From assembly GCA_937868875.1 (NCBI GenBank), contig CALMNP010000213.1, positions 1-37,479 on the forward strand: a stretch of DNA of 37,479 nucleotides, in the 5' to 3' direction. Shown in pieces: positions 29,554 to 37,479 of this stretch (the first letter of the stretch is position 1; the number at the start of each line of letters is the position of its first letter). The position numbers and the translations under genes are program-made. The DNA comes from an uncultured Bacillota bacterium (GTDB lineage Bacteria; Bacillota; Sulfobacillia; JAMDAP01). A model generated the notes under the pieces. That model did no database searches. It was not told the origin of the DNA and worked only from the letters and a program-made list of their open reading frames with translations.

Positions 29554-32500
29554 GGGGCTCACCTCCCTCTTGTGAGGATGGGACGGCGACTCCGCCGTCA
29601 GACGGGCGGACTGCCTGGCCGGCCGCCGAAGCCGCCTTGCCTTGCAGGCGCCTCCGGTCGACGCGGCAGATGCGCTGGTAGGGGCAGTGATCGGGGCACT
29701 CGCCGTTGGGATTCACCCGGAAGTCGCCGGAGCGAATAGCGGCCACATAGGCGCGGGCCATGGACAGGCTGGCCTGCAGCCTTGCCTCCCAGTCGGCCTC
29801 GGAGAGCACCCCGGCGCCGCGGGAGACACCGGTCCGCTCCGATTCCTCCTTCTTCCACAGGCCCTGGGTCCTGGTCCGCAGTTTGATGGATTCATAACCG
29901 CCGCCCAGGGGCCGGTGGCCCTCGCCCAGCAGGTTTCGTGCCGCCTCCAGGTACAGGGGCACCTGCAGGTCGCGCCCGACCTCCATGTCGGCACTGCGTG
30001 GGGTAGCGCCGGTCTTGTAGTCCAAAACCACGAACCCGCCGTCTTCCGCCAGGTCCAGCCGGTCCATCTTCCCCTTCAGGAGGAAGCCTTCTCCCGGATC
30101 GCCGATCCAGACCGGCTCGGGCCGGCTGTCCGGATCCAGCCCCGGCACGCCAAAGCCCATCTCCAGCCAGGCGGGGGACAGGCCGCTTCCGGCCGTTCGC
30201 TCCAGCTCCCAGTCCAGCAGAGCAAGCACGCGCCCCACAATCTCGGCGCGCTTCACCCGCCACAGACCGGGGTGAGACCGGAGTCCCTGGGCTTCGTAGG
30301 CCGTCAGTTGGGCCTCCGCCACCTGGCGCAGTTCGGCCAGGTAGGCATCGCGGCGGGCCGGGCTGACGGTCTCGCCCCGGTGCAGGCTCCAGAAGGCGTA
30401 AAGGATCTGATGGTAGAGGTTGCCCACCTCCAGCGGGTCTGCCTCGGCCTCTGCCTCCTCCAGGGGACTGAGGCGAAGCAGGCGCTCGGCGAAGAAACTG
30501 AAGGGACAGACGCCGAACCGGCTGAGCTGGCTGGCGCTGAAGGCGTAATCCGGGGTGTATCGTGCCGCCAGGGAAGCGAGGATCTCCGGATGAGTCAGGC
30601 GGCCATCGTAGGCCCCCCAGTCCCGCCCTTCCCGTTCCACCTGCGCCTCCAGGCGCGGCCAGAGCGAGTCGTCCAGGAGGCCGCCCTTGGCCAGCCCGGC
30701 GAGCAGCGGGGAGATCCCCGCGCCAGCGGCGCCAACGGCGCCGCCGGCCTTCCCGGCCTGGGCGGACCGGAACAGGGCCATTTCCGCCAGTTCTCCGGCG
30801 CTTGCAGCATCCTCCCAGCCGTCCGGCCACAGTTGGCCGGCCCGCGGTCCGAAGCGGCGTACCGCCTCGGGCGGGAACAGGGATACGGCCTCTTGCACCA
30901 GGAAGGAGGGCTGCTGTGCATTGCCGTCATCGCCCTGGGACGGGTAAGACAACACCAGGCGTTCCGCGGCGCAGGTCACCGCCTGGTAGAAGGCCAGGCG
31001 TTCCGCGGCCGCCAGGTCGCGGCGCGTGTCCAGGTAGACCCCGTGGGAGCGGAGGACCTCCCGCTCCCGGTCCGGCAGCAGCCAGTCGGGGCGGAAGACC
31101 TTGGGGAACACCCCGTCCAGCAGCCCGGCCACGATCACCAGCCGGAAACGCAGACGCCGTGCGGCCGCAGCCGGCAGAATGCGGACGGCGGCCTGCCCCC
31201 GCGGGGCGATGTCAGGGAGAGCCAGGTCCTGCATCCCCAGGGCTTCTTCCAGGGCCGAGCGCCAGTGGGCCGGAGCGATTTTACCCGCCCCCTCCGCCTC
31301 CAGAGCAGCGGCGACTGCGGCCACCGTCTCCTCCAGGCGCTGCAGGGCCTGCATGTCCCGGGCAACCAGCCGCGCCGCTTCATCCTGGCCCAGAGTCTCA
31401 TGCTGCAGGGGTGCCAGGGCGGCCTCCCGCAGACCGAAGGCTTCCAGCAGTCGCCGCGTCCCCTGGGCGGCATCAGTTGGGGTCAGAGCGTCAGGCCACC
31501 GGCCCAGCCGGCCCTGCAGGGCGCGGGCCGCAGCGCGGGCCGCCTCGAAGCGCTGTATGTCGCGGGCCAGTCGCCAGGCCCTCAGTTCCTGGTCGGACTC
31601 CCCGCCGGGGCGGGCCTCAGCCAGGGCCCCCTGATCCCGACGCAGTCCGGCCAGGACCGCCTCCAGCCGATCTTGCCACTGGCGCGTGGAGAGCGTGGCT
31701 CCCAGCTCTAGAACGACACCCTCGAACAGTTCCTTGCGGGGAAGCTGCACATAGCCGGACTTGGCCGCGCCCAGCAGGTTCGCCACCTGGCCGGGGTCGG
31801 TGGCGGCCGCCAGGAGGCGCAGGGCGGCCTGCACCACCGGCACGCCGGTGAGGGGCAAGGTCCTGGTCCGGTCGCAGGAAACGCCTGCCCGGCGCAACTC
31901 CTGCGCCAGCAGGTCGGCCTGGGGACCCAGTTCGCGATAGATGACGCCCACGTCCCCGGGCGACAGGCCCGGGTCCTGCCGCAGGGCCGACTTGATCAGC
32001 CGGGCCACCTCCCGCGCCTCGGAGGCATCCCCCTGGGCGGACAGCACCTCCACGGCCGGGGCCGCACCGGCCGCCGCCTCCCGTTCCCGCCCGGCTCCGG
32101 CGCGGCGGAACAACTCCTCCGCCAGGCGCCTCAGGGCGGGAGTCCGGGTCTCCTCTCCCTCTGCCGGCCGGGGCGTCAGGACGCCGCCGGCGATGGCCTC
32201 CAACTGCTGAACGGTGCGCTCCGTGGAGCCGTAGAGCTCCGGCCTGTCCGGGTCGAACTCGAGATAGACCGTAACCTGCGGCGTCAGGGCTGCGGCGGCC
32301 TGCAGCCAGGCCAGTTGCACCGGGGTGAAATCCTGATAGCCGTCCACCAGAACCCGGTTGACGGGCGGCCGGCCCCGTTCCGGATCGCCGCGGAAGAAGG
32401 CTCCCCGGGTGCGAACGAGCGCGTCCAGGGTCCAGAGGCCCAGGTCGTCCGGGTCGGCCGCCGCCATGCGCTCCAGGGCCCCCTGGTAGGCCTCGTAGAT

Positions 32501-32971
32501 AGCGGCGATGTCCAACTGGCGCGGCACACCCCGGGCTTCAGCCGCCCGTCGCCACTGCGCCGGGCGGACGCCGGCGCGCTTCAGCTCCGCCAGCAGCCCG
32601 GCAACAGAACGGGCCAAGCCTGGCCTGCCGGCGATGGGGCCCAGGGATGCCAGGCGGCCTTCAGCAGCCAGGCGCGCGATGGTCCCGGACAGCACCAGGT
32701 CACGTGCCGCCGGGTCCAGGACCGGCGGCTCCGACAGGGCGTCGCGCAGAATCAGGCTGACCAGCCCCTGAAACAGAACCAGTCGAAGGCGCCCCAGTCC
32801 GGGCACCCCTGGGCGCACGAGCAGGCTCCGCCGCGTCTCTTCCAGCAGGGGCCGCGTGGCGCACACGTAAAGTAACGAGCCCTCCTCGCCGGTGAGGATG
32901 GCCCGCTCCAGCTCGCCCAGGACCTCTTCGCGCGCGCCGCTCAGGGCGCTCAGGGTGACCAGCTCCAGCAC
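29543..32971 (-). CDS. addB: AddB-like inactive-helicase/nuclease subunit
   Basis: VDGYQDFTP, FYQAVTCA..RL.LSYP, FSASQLSRFGVCPFSF, KGKMDRLD, LDYKTG, LQVPLY, C-terminal C...CPY..IC. GTG start at 32971 after GGGAGGG. Overlaps addA. Confidence 0.88.
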   Translation of the reverse strand: MLELVTLSALSGAREEVLGELERAILTGEEGSLLYVCATRPLLEETRRSLLVRPGVPGLGRLRLVLFQGLVSLILRDALSEPPVLDPAARDLVLSGTIARLAAEGRLASLGPIAGRPGLARSVAGLLAELKRAGVRPAQWRRAAEARGVPRQLDIAAIYEAYQGALERMAAADPDDLGLWTLDALVRTRGAFFRGDPERGRPPVNRVLVDGYQDFTPVQLAWLQAAAALTPQVTVYLEFDPDRPELYGSTERTVQQLEAIAGGVLTPRPAEGEETRTPALRRLAEELFRRAGAGREREAAAGAAPAVEVLSAQGDASEAREVARLIKSALRQDPGLSPGDVGVIYRELGPQADLLAQELRRAGVSCDRTRTLPLTGVPVVQAALRLLAAATDPGQVANLLGAAKSGYVQLPRKELFEGVVLELGATLSTRQWQDRLEAVLAGLRRDQGALAEARPGGESDQELRAWRLARDIQRFEAARAAARALQGRLGRWPDALTPTDAAQGTRRLLEAFGLREAALAPLQHETLGQDEAARLVARDMQALQRLEETVAAVAAALEAEGAGKIAPAHWRSALEEALGMQDLALPDIAPRGQAAVRILPAAAARRLRFRLVIVAGLLDGVFPKVFRPDWLLPDREREVLRSHGVYLDTRRDLAAAERLAFYQAVTCAAERLVLSYPSQGDDGNAQQPSFLVQEAVSLFPPEAVRRFGPRAGQLWPDGWEDAASAGELAEMALFRSAQAGKAGGAVGAAGAGISPLLAGLAKGGLLDDSLWPRLEAQVEREGRDWGAYDGRLTHPEILASLAARYTPDYAFSASQLSRFGVCPFSFFAERLLRLSPLEEAEAEADPLEVGNLYHQILYAFWSLHRGETVSPARRDAYLAELRQVAEAQLTAYEAQGLRSHPGLWRVKRAEIVGRVLALLDWELERTAGSGLSPAWLEMGFGVPGLDPDSRPEPVWIGDPGEGFLLKGKMDRLDLAEDGGFVVLDYKTGATPRSADMEVGRDLQVPLYLEAARNLLGEGHRPLGGGYESIKLRTRTQGLWKKEESERTGVSRGAGVLSEADWEARLQASLSMARAYVAAIRSGDFRVNPNGECPDHCPYQRICRVDRRRLQGKAASAAGQAVRPSDGGVAVPSSQEGGEPRAD

Positions 32972-32972
32972 G

Positions 32973-33004
32973 AAAAACCCTCCCGGAAACAATCCCAGGA
33001 GGGT
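32973..33004 (-). terminator. Terminator-like hairpin that also sequesters the addB RBS
   Basis: ACCCTCCTGGGA-TTGT-TTCCGGGAGGGT is a 12-bp stem with two G-U pairs, followed by TTTTC and then the addB GTG. Confidence 0.65.
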
Positions 33005-33035
33005 ATTTCGACGGGGGAACATCCGTTTCCTACCG
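33005..33035 (-). promoter_or_regulatory. SigH-like promoter upstream of addB
   Basis: CGGTAGGAAA-N13-GTCGAAAT, close to the SigH consensus RNAGGAWWW-N11/12-RNNGAAT. Confidence 0.6.
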
Positions 33036-33038
33036 GTT

Positions 33039-33860
33039 CTACCGTTCGCTGCCTTCCTTTTGGCGCATGGTGTCCAGCACCTCCAGCAGCCGATTCAGGT
33101 CCTGCTGCTGCTGGTCCGGGATGTCGCCCCAGATGGCGCCCACCTCAAGCAGACCGCGCAGATTCTGGTCGATGCGGCGCACCTCCACGGGCAGGGGGCC
33201 GAGCCCATGAAGGCCAAGGCCGGCCTCCTTCAGGCCGTGGGCGTGGCCGCGAATGAAGACGGTAAAGCGGTCACCGGGTTGTGGCGGAACGCCGGCGATG
33301 AGGCCCAAGCCGCCCTGGCTGAGATTGATCACGCGGGCCCGCCGCGGGGCAGGCCAATCCTGGTGGTGCAGTTCGGCGTCCAGGTGGCAGGGCACCCGAA
33401 CGAAGGAGCGGCGCTGCAGGCGGAAGATCTCGGGCGGGACGCCCAGGCGGAGGAAGTACTCGCCCTCGTCTCCTCCTATCTGACGCAGGCGGCAGAGGGC
33501 CTCGTACACGCCGCCATCGGTGGGAATGCGCAGCAATACGGACATCGCGGCCCCGCGGCCGGCCATCTGGGGCGCGGCCAGAACCGGGAAGGTCACGGTC
33601 ACCTCTTCTGCGGTCACGCTCAGCAGGGTGCCCCGAATGTCCCGGTCCGCGGCGTAAAGCCCAACAGCGGCCTCTTCGCCGGGGTCTGGGTCGTCATCCG
33701 GCCCGAGGGGGCGGAACCAGACCCGACGGCCGATCATGGGGCGAAGGATGACGGCGGGGTCTTCCGGCGTTTCCGACCCTACCAGTACCGCTCCCGGCGA
33801 ACCGCTGGTCCGGATCGGCCGGGAAGCCGGCGCCGCCGAACGGAAAAGTCGCTGCCACAC
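33039..33860 (-). CDS. PilZ-domain c-di-GMP receptor (YcgR/MotI-like layout)
   Basis: QRRSFVR (RxxxR) and INLSQGG (D/NxSxxG), preceded by an N-terminal domain. Confidence 0.8.
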   Translation of the reverse strand: MWQRLFRSAAPASRPIRTSGSPGAVLVGSETPEDPAVILRPMIGRRVWFRPLGPDDDPDPGEEAAVGLYAADRDIRGTLLSVTAEEVTVTFPVLAAPQMAGRGAAMSVLLRIPTDGGVYEALCRLRQIGGDEGEYFLRLGVPPEIFRLQRRSFVRVPCHLDAELHHQDWPAPRRARVINLSQGGLGLIAGVPPQPGDRFTVFIRGHAHGLKEAGLGLHGLGPLPVEVRRIDQNLRGLLEVGAIWGDIPDQQQQDLNRLLEVLDTMRQKEGSER

Positions 33861-33902
33861 CCGGCCTGCACCTCCCGCAAGGCTGTCGTCTACTCTGACT
33901 GG

Positions 33903-33932
33903 ATTTCGACATCAGCCGCAATTTTCCTACCG
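33903..33932 (-). promoter_or_regulatory. SigH-like promoter upstream of the PilZ gene
   Basis: CGGTAGGAAA-N12-GTCGAAAT, with both boxes identical to the copy at 33005-33035. Confidence 0.6.
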
Positions 33933-33946
33933 ATTGACCGGAAAGG

Positions 33947-34825
33947 TTAACCAGGCAGGCTCCTCCTCTCCGCCAGAACAAGGCGGGTGTTGTTGCCATG
34001 GGCCTTCCGCAGGTGGTCCGGCACCGGGCCGCCCCGGTAGGGAACGCCCTCCAGACGCGCCAGGGCTTCAGCCTCATCCAGGCCCTCACGGACCGAATCC
34101 CCCGCCGCCTGCCAGAGGGCCTCCAGGTAGGCCTCGTCACGCTCCACTCGCCCCAGGATGTCCGCCTGGCTCGAGGCCGCCGGGCCGTGCCCGGGGACCA
34201 GAACCCTTAGCCCCAGGTCGTGGACGGCCTTTCGAAAGGTGCCCAGGGTCACGCGGTACCGGACGAGGCTGTCCTCCACGAAGGGAAACTCCAGGTCGGA
34301 CAGGTAATCCCCCGCGAACAGCAGGCCCAGGGCCGGCACCGCTGCCGCCAGACCGTCCGTGGTGTGCCCGGGGGCGGGCCAGAAAAGCACCTCCAGAGCG
34401 CCCAGGGTCTGGCGCGCGTAGCCACCCGGCTCCGGACCCGCCGCCTCCCAGGTCAGCCGGGGGAAGGTAAAGGGCTGCGGGCGCTCCACATAATAGCGAA
34501 GGTCGAATTCCCGGACCTGGTCTTCCACCGGCCCGGGGTCGCGGCGGGCCAGGTCGGGGCTGCCCCAACGGGGAGCGCCTGGAAAGGCCTGGTGACCGGC
34601 CACGTGGTCGAAGTCCCCGTGGGTGAAGTACAGCGTGGGGCGAAGGCCCCGTCCCTGAACGAAGTCGCGTAGGGTCGCGATTTCATCGGGGAAGAAGCCC
34701 GGGTCGACCACCAGGGCCTCTCCGTGGCTGCACAGCACCGCGCTGTTCATCTGCCAGACGGAACTGGGGAAGAGAAAGAGGCCTGGCGCCAGCTCCGCTG
34801 GGCCCGGGCCTTGTATGTGGCGCAT
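33947..34825 (-). CDS. Metallo-beta-lactamase-fold hydrolase
   Basis: VVDPG, THGDFDHVAG, PGHT, FAGD, VPGHG. Confidence 0.9.
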   Translation of the reverse strand: MRHIQGPGPAELAPGLFLFPSSVWQMNSAVLCSHGEALVVDPGFFPDEIATLRDFVQGRGLRPTLYFTHGDFDHVAGHQAFPGAPRWGSPDLARRDPGPVEDQVREFDLRYYVERPQPFTFPRLTWEAAGPEPGGYARQTLGALEVLFWPAPGHTTDGLAAAVPALGLLFAGDYLSDLEFPFVEDSLVRYRVTLGTFRKAVHDLGLRVLVPGHGPAASSQADILGRVERDEAYLEALWQAAGDSVREGLDEAEALARLEGVPYRGGPVPDHLRKAHGNNTRLVLAERRSLPG

Positions 34826-34860
34826 AGGGCTCCTCCCGTGGGCCGGCCCGGGGCCGGCCG

Positions 34861-35874
34861 TCAGAAGCTCAGATCGACGGGGTCCTTGAGGAACTGGGTC
34901 AGGACCGCGACCGCGCCCTCCAGATCCTCCACGTCCACCACCTCGGTCGGACCGAAGCGGTAGCGGGTGGGAATGGACAGGCCAGAGGCGGGGATGCCGC
35001 CGTGGCTCAGCTGAACCACGCCCAGCTCACTTCCGGCGGTCTCCAGAACCTCGTACTGGACGGACTTTCCCGCCTTCTCCGCTGCGGCGGCCAGGGCCCG
35101 GCGCAGGGCCGGATAGGCCATGCCCGACTGGTCCTGCACCTTGATGGCAGGACCCTTGCCCAGGGAGACCTCCATTCGCCTGGCCTCGGGCGTATCGCCG
35201 GTCGCGGTGGCATCCAGAACCAGGGCCAGGTCAGGGTCGACGCCGAAGGCGGCCGGTCTGGCTCCGCGGCTGCCCACCTCCTTCTGGACGGTGAACGCCA
35301 CCAGCACCTCGTGCGGGGTGGCGCGCAGGCCCCGGAGGGTCTGCAGCAGCACGGCCGCGGCGCCGCGCGAGCCCACGGCCCGCCCGGTCACGCGGTGCCC
35401 AAGGACGGCCGGCGCGCGGTCGAAGGCGGCCACGTCGCCGGGGCGCACCGTCTTGCGCGCCTCCTCCTCGGAGGCCGCGCCGATGTCGATGAACAGCTTG
35501 TCTATCTTGAGGTCACCGGGCTTCTCCACTGGCTCAGCATCGATGACGCCCAAGGCCCCGCCCGTGAAGCGTATGCGCTGCCCCAGGCAGACATGGGGGT
35601 CCAGGCGCCCCATGGGGCTGAAGCGGAGGAAGCCGTTCTTCTCGACGTTGGTCACAACCAGGCCGACCTCGTCCAGGTGGGCCATCAGCAGCACCTTGTG
35701 GCCCCCCTTGGAGGCACGGCCCCTGGGGCCTGTGCGGGCAAGCAGGTTGCCCATGGCGTCGACGCGGACGTCCTCAGCCAGCCCGGCGAGTTCCTTCTTC
35801 ACCAGTTCGCGGACCGCATCCTCGCTGCCCGAGGGTCCGGTGGCTTCGGCGAGCTTCAGCAGCATGTCCTTCAT
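34861..35874 (-). CDS. M42 peptidase paralog with a degenerate active site
   Basis: M42 framework (GPSGSE, DAMGNL, MAHLDEVG, LFIDIGA, GKGP), but VGSR, QKE, GSELG and RYRFG replace FDDR, QEE, GxDAG and RYxH. Confidence 0.85.
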   Translation of the reverse strand: MKDMLLKLAEATGPSGSEDAVRELVKKELAGLAEDVRVDAMGNLLARTGPRGRASKGGHKVLLMAHLDEVGLVVTNVEKNGFLRFSPMGRLDPHVCLGQRIRFTGGALGVIDAEPVEKPGDLKIDKLFIDIGAASEEEARKTVRPGDVAAFDRAPAVLGHRVTGRAVGSRGAAAVLLQTLRGLRATPHEVLVAFTVQKEVGSRGARPAAFGVDPDLALVLDATATGDTPEARRMEVSLGKGPAIKVQDQSGMAYPALRRALAAAAEKAGKSVQYEVLETAGSELGVVQLSHGGIPASGLSIPTRYRFGPTEVVDVEDLEGAVAVLTQFLKDPVDLSF

Positions 35875-36974
35875 AGCGTCAGATCCCCCTTCGCCAGGTG
35901 GTCGAGAATGAGCGAGAGCAAAGCCTGAGCGTTGGCGTAATCGTCCAGGCTGATGAGCTGTGCGGGCGCGTGGATGTAGCGGGTCGGCAGGGAGATGGCC
36001 AGGGTGGGAATGCCGGCACGGCTCTTGTGGATGGAACCGGCGTCGTTGCCACCCAGGGTCACCCGTTTGAACTGAAAGGGAATCTTGTGCTTCTCAGCCA
36101 GATCCGCCACCTGGCGTACCAGCCTGATGGGCGCGATGGTGAAGGAGTCCACCAGGGTCAGGGCCGGACCCCGGCCGAACCAGGTGGACTGGCCGTGCAG
36201 CGGGTTGAAGGGCATGTCGTTGCAGGATGTGCCCTCCAGCACAATGGTCAGGTCCGGATCGACGGCATGAGCCGCCACCCGCGCCCCGCGCAGCCCAACC
36301 TCCTCCTGAACCGTAAACGCCCCCACCACCTCCAGGCCGTAGCGCCCCACCAGGGATTCGGCCAGGATGGCGCATCCTGCCCGGTCGTCGAAGGACTTGG
36401 CCTTGGCGGCATTCCGGCCGATCTCTTCGTAGCGGGTGGCGAAGATGGCACGGTCGCCTACCTTGACGTGGCGCTCCGCCTCATCGCGGGAGGTGGCGCC
36501 GATGTCGATGTACATCTCGTCGTAGGGGATGGGCTTCTCCCAATCCCCCCGCTCCTGCAGGTGGATGGGTTTGGCGCCGATCACGCCGGGCAGGCGCCTG
36601 TCGCCCACGAAGACGGCCTTGGAGACCAGGACCCGGTCGTCGATTCCGCCTACCTTTCCGAAGCGGAGCAGCCCGTCCTTGCCGATGCGCTGCACCATCA
36701 GGCCGCACTCGTCCATATGGGCCGCCAGCATGACCCGCAGGGGGCGTTCGCCCTCCGGGCCCTTCACGGTCCGGACCTTGCCGCGGCGGGGCGCCTGTTG
36801 CGTTGCGAAGAGGTTGCCGATGGTGTCGGACCGGATCTCGTCCGCCAGACCCTCGATGGTCTCCCTCACGACGCGGCGGATCTCCACCTCGTCGCCGGAC
36901 ACCCCGGCCGCTTCCGTGAATTTCTGCAGGACCGGTCTGGTCACGGCCGGTCTCGGTTCCGCCGGTTGCGTCAC
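35871..36974 (-). CDS. M42 (TET) aminopeptidase
   Basis: AAHMDECG, KSFDDRAG, TVQEEVGLRGA, LEGT, GGNDAG, RYIHAP, all intact. Real start is the GTG at 36974 (GTGA overlap) or 36980, not 37469. Confidence 0.92.
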   Translation of the reverse strand: MTQPAEPRPAVTRPVLQKFTEAAGVSGDEVEIRRVVRETIEGLADEIRSDTIGNLFATQQAPRRGKVRTVKGPEGERPLRVMLAAHMDECGLMVQRIGKDGLLRFGKVGGIDDRVLVSKAVFVGDRRLPGVIGAKPIHLQERGDWEKPIPYDEMYIDIGATSRDEAERHVKVGDRAIFATRYEEIGRNAAKAKSFDDRAGCAILAESLVGRYGLEVVGAFTVQEEVGLRGARVAAHAVDPDLTIVLEGTSCNDMPFNPLHGQSTWFGRGPALTLVDSFTIAPIRLVRQVADLAEKHKIPFQFKRVTLGGNDAGSIHKSRAGIPTLAISLPTRYIHAPAQLISLDDYANAQALLSLILDHLAKGDLTL

Positions 36975-37479
36975 GCCCACACCAGTCCCTTCACGAACTC
37001 CTCGTCCACCCGGGAGACGAAGCGCGCCAGCAGGCGGCCGGCCCGGGCCACGTTCTCCAGCGAGAGCGTCTCGACGGAGGTATGCATGTACTTGATGGGC
37101 ACGGAGAGGACGGCCGTGGGAACACCGGCCGCCACCACCTGCATGGACCAGGCGTCCGTGCCCGTGTGTCCGGGCGCCGCCTCGATCTGCACGTTCATGT
37201 CCAGCTCCCGGGCCGCCTCGCGCAGGGCCTCGAAGACGCGGGGGCTGATATTCGGCCCCATGGTCAGGACCGGCCCCCTGGCCGGATCCCAGGTCTCGTC
37301 CTCCTCGGTCCCGGGCTGCTGGGCGAAGGTCACGTCCACAGCGATGGCCACGTCGGGGGCCAGTTGGTAGGTCACGGTCTCTGCACCAGCTGAGGTGATC
37401 TCCTCGGCCGTGGTGGCCACCGCCAGGACCTCCGCCTGGAACTGCGCGCGCTCCAGCTCCTGGAGGCACTCGTAGAGGA
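36971..37479 (-). CDS. M42 (TET) aminopeptidase, C-terminal part (5' end outside the window)
   Basis: TTAEEI, AIAVDVTFA, TGTDAW, SVPIKYMHTSVE. The frame stays open to the window edge. Confidence 0.9.
   Translation of the reverse strand, partial: LYECLQELERAQFQAEVLAVATTAEEITSAGAETVTYQLAPDVAIAVDVTFAQQPGTEEDETWDPARGPVLTMGPNISPRVFEALREAARELDMNVQIEAAPGHTGTDAWSMQVVAAGVPTAVLSVPIKYMHTSVETLSLENVARAGRLLARFVSRVDEEFVKGLVWA

Noticed and set aside
29543-30560. Cas4-like nuclease, implying a CRISPR system
   Set aside because: The four-Cys PD-(D/E)xK domain is the C-terminus of AddB. No cas1/cas2 or repeat-spacer array was seen.
33947-34825. Antibiotic-resistance metallo-beta-lactamase
   Set aside because: No signal peptide. 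HxDxDH is a generic MBL-fold motif, and the context is housekeeping.
34841-34859. GGCCGGCC-CGG-GGCCGGCC hairpin and similar GC hairpins (14531-14554, near 8915-8935) as a REP-like repeat family
   Set aside because: They share no common sequence and have no U-tracts. Such hairpins arise easily in high-GC DNA.
36975-37469. 165-aa N-terminal extension of the 532-aa M42 ORF
   Set aside because: It is a Gly/Arg/Pro-rich off-frame reading of the upstream M42 gene. M42 similarity begins only after 36974.

Overview
High-GC chromosomal window, most likely from a Bacillota (Firmicutes) genome. That placement is inferred from SigA/SigH-type promoters, strong GGAGG RBSs, CsoR-CopA-CopZ, AddAB, a yeaC-yeaD-yebA-type operon and DUF1405. 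Almost all genes are on the minus strand. In coordinate order: mdh (partial) and icd; a cytochrome c maturation cluster read ccmE-ccmF-orf-orf-ccmA-ccmB-ccmC-ccmD, whose CcmE has CxxxY instead of HxxxY and which has no ccmH (System I*-like); csoR-copA-copZ; ccdA-tlpA-DUF1405; a divergent moxR-DUF58-transglutaminase operon; MoeA-like protein and tatC; a DNA-processing operon addB-addA-Mre11/YhaO-like-Rad50/YhaN-like-RNase HI; a PilZ protein; an MBL hydrolase; and three tandem M42 peptidases, one catalytically degenerate. No mobile element, CRISPR array, tRNA or rRNA was seen. The best leads are a structured, terminator-containing leader upstream of icd, the System I*-like Ccm cluster with candidate accessory genes, the DNA-repair operon (membrane-anchored Rad50-like ATPase, two Fe-S nuclease domains, Cys-rich RNase HI), and repeated terminator/promoter overlaps including a SigH-like motif that could unmask the addB RBS. 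All calls come from reading motifs by eye, and no searches were run.
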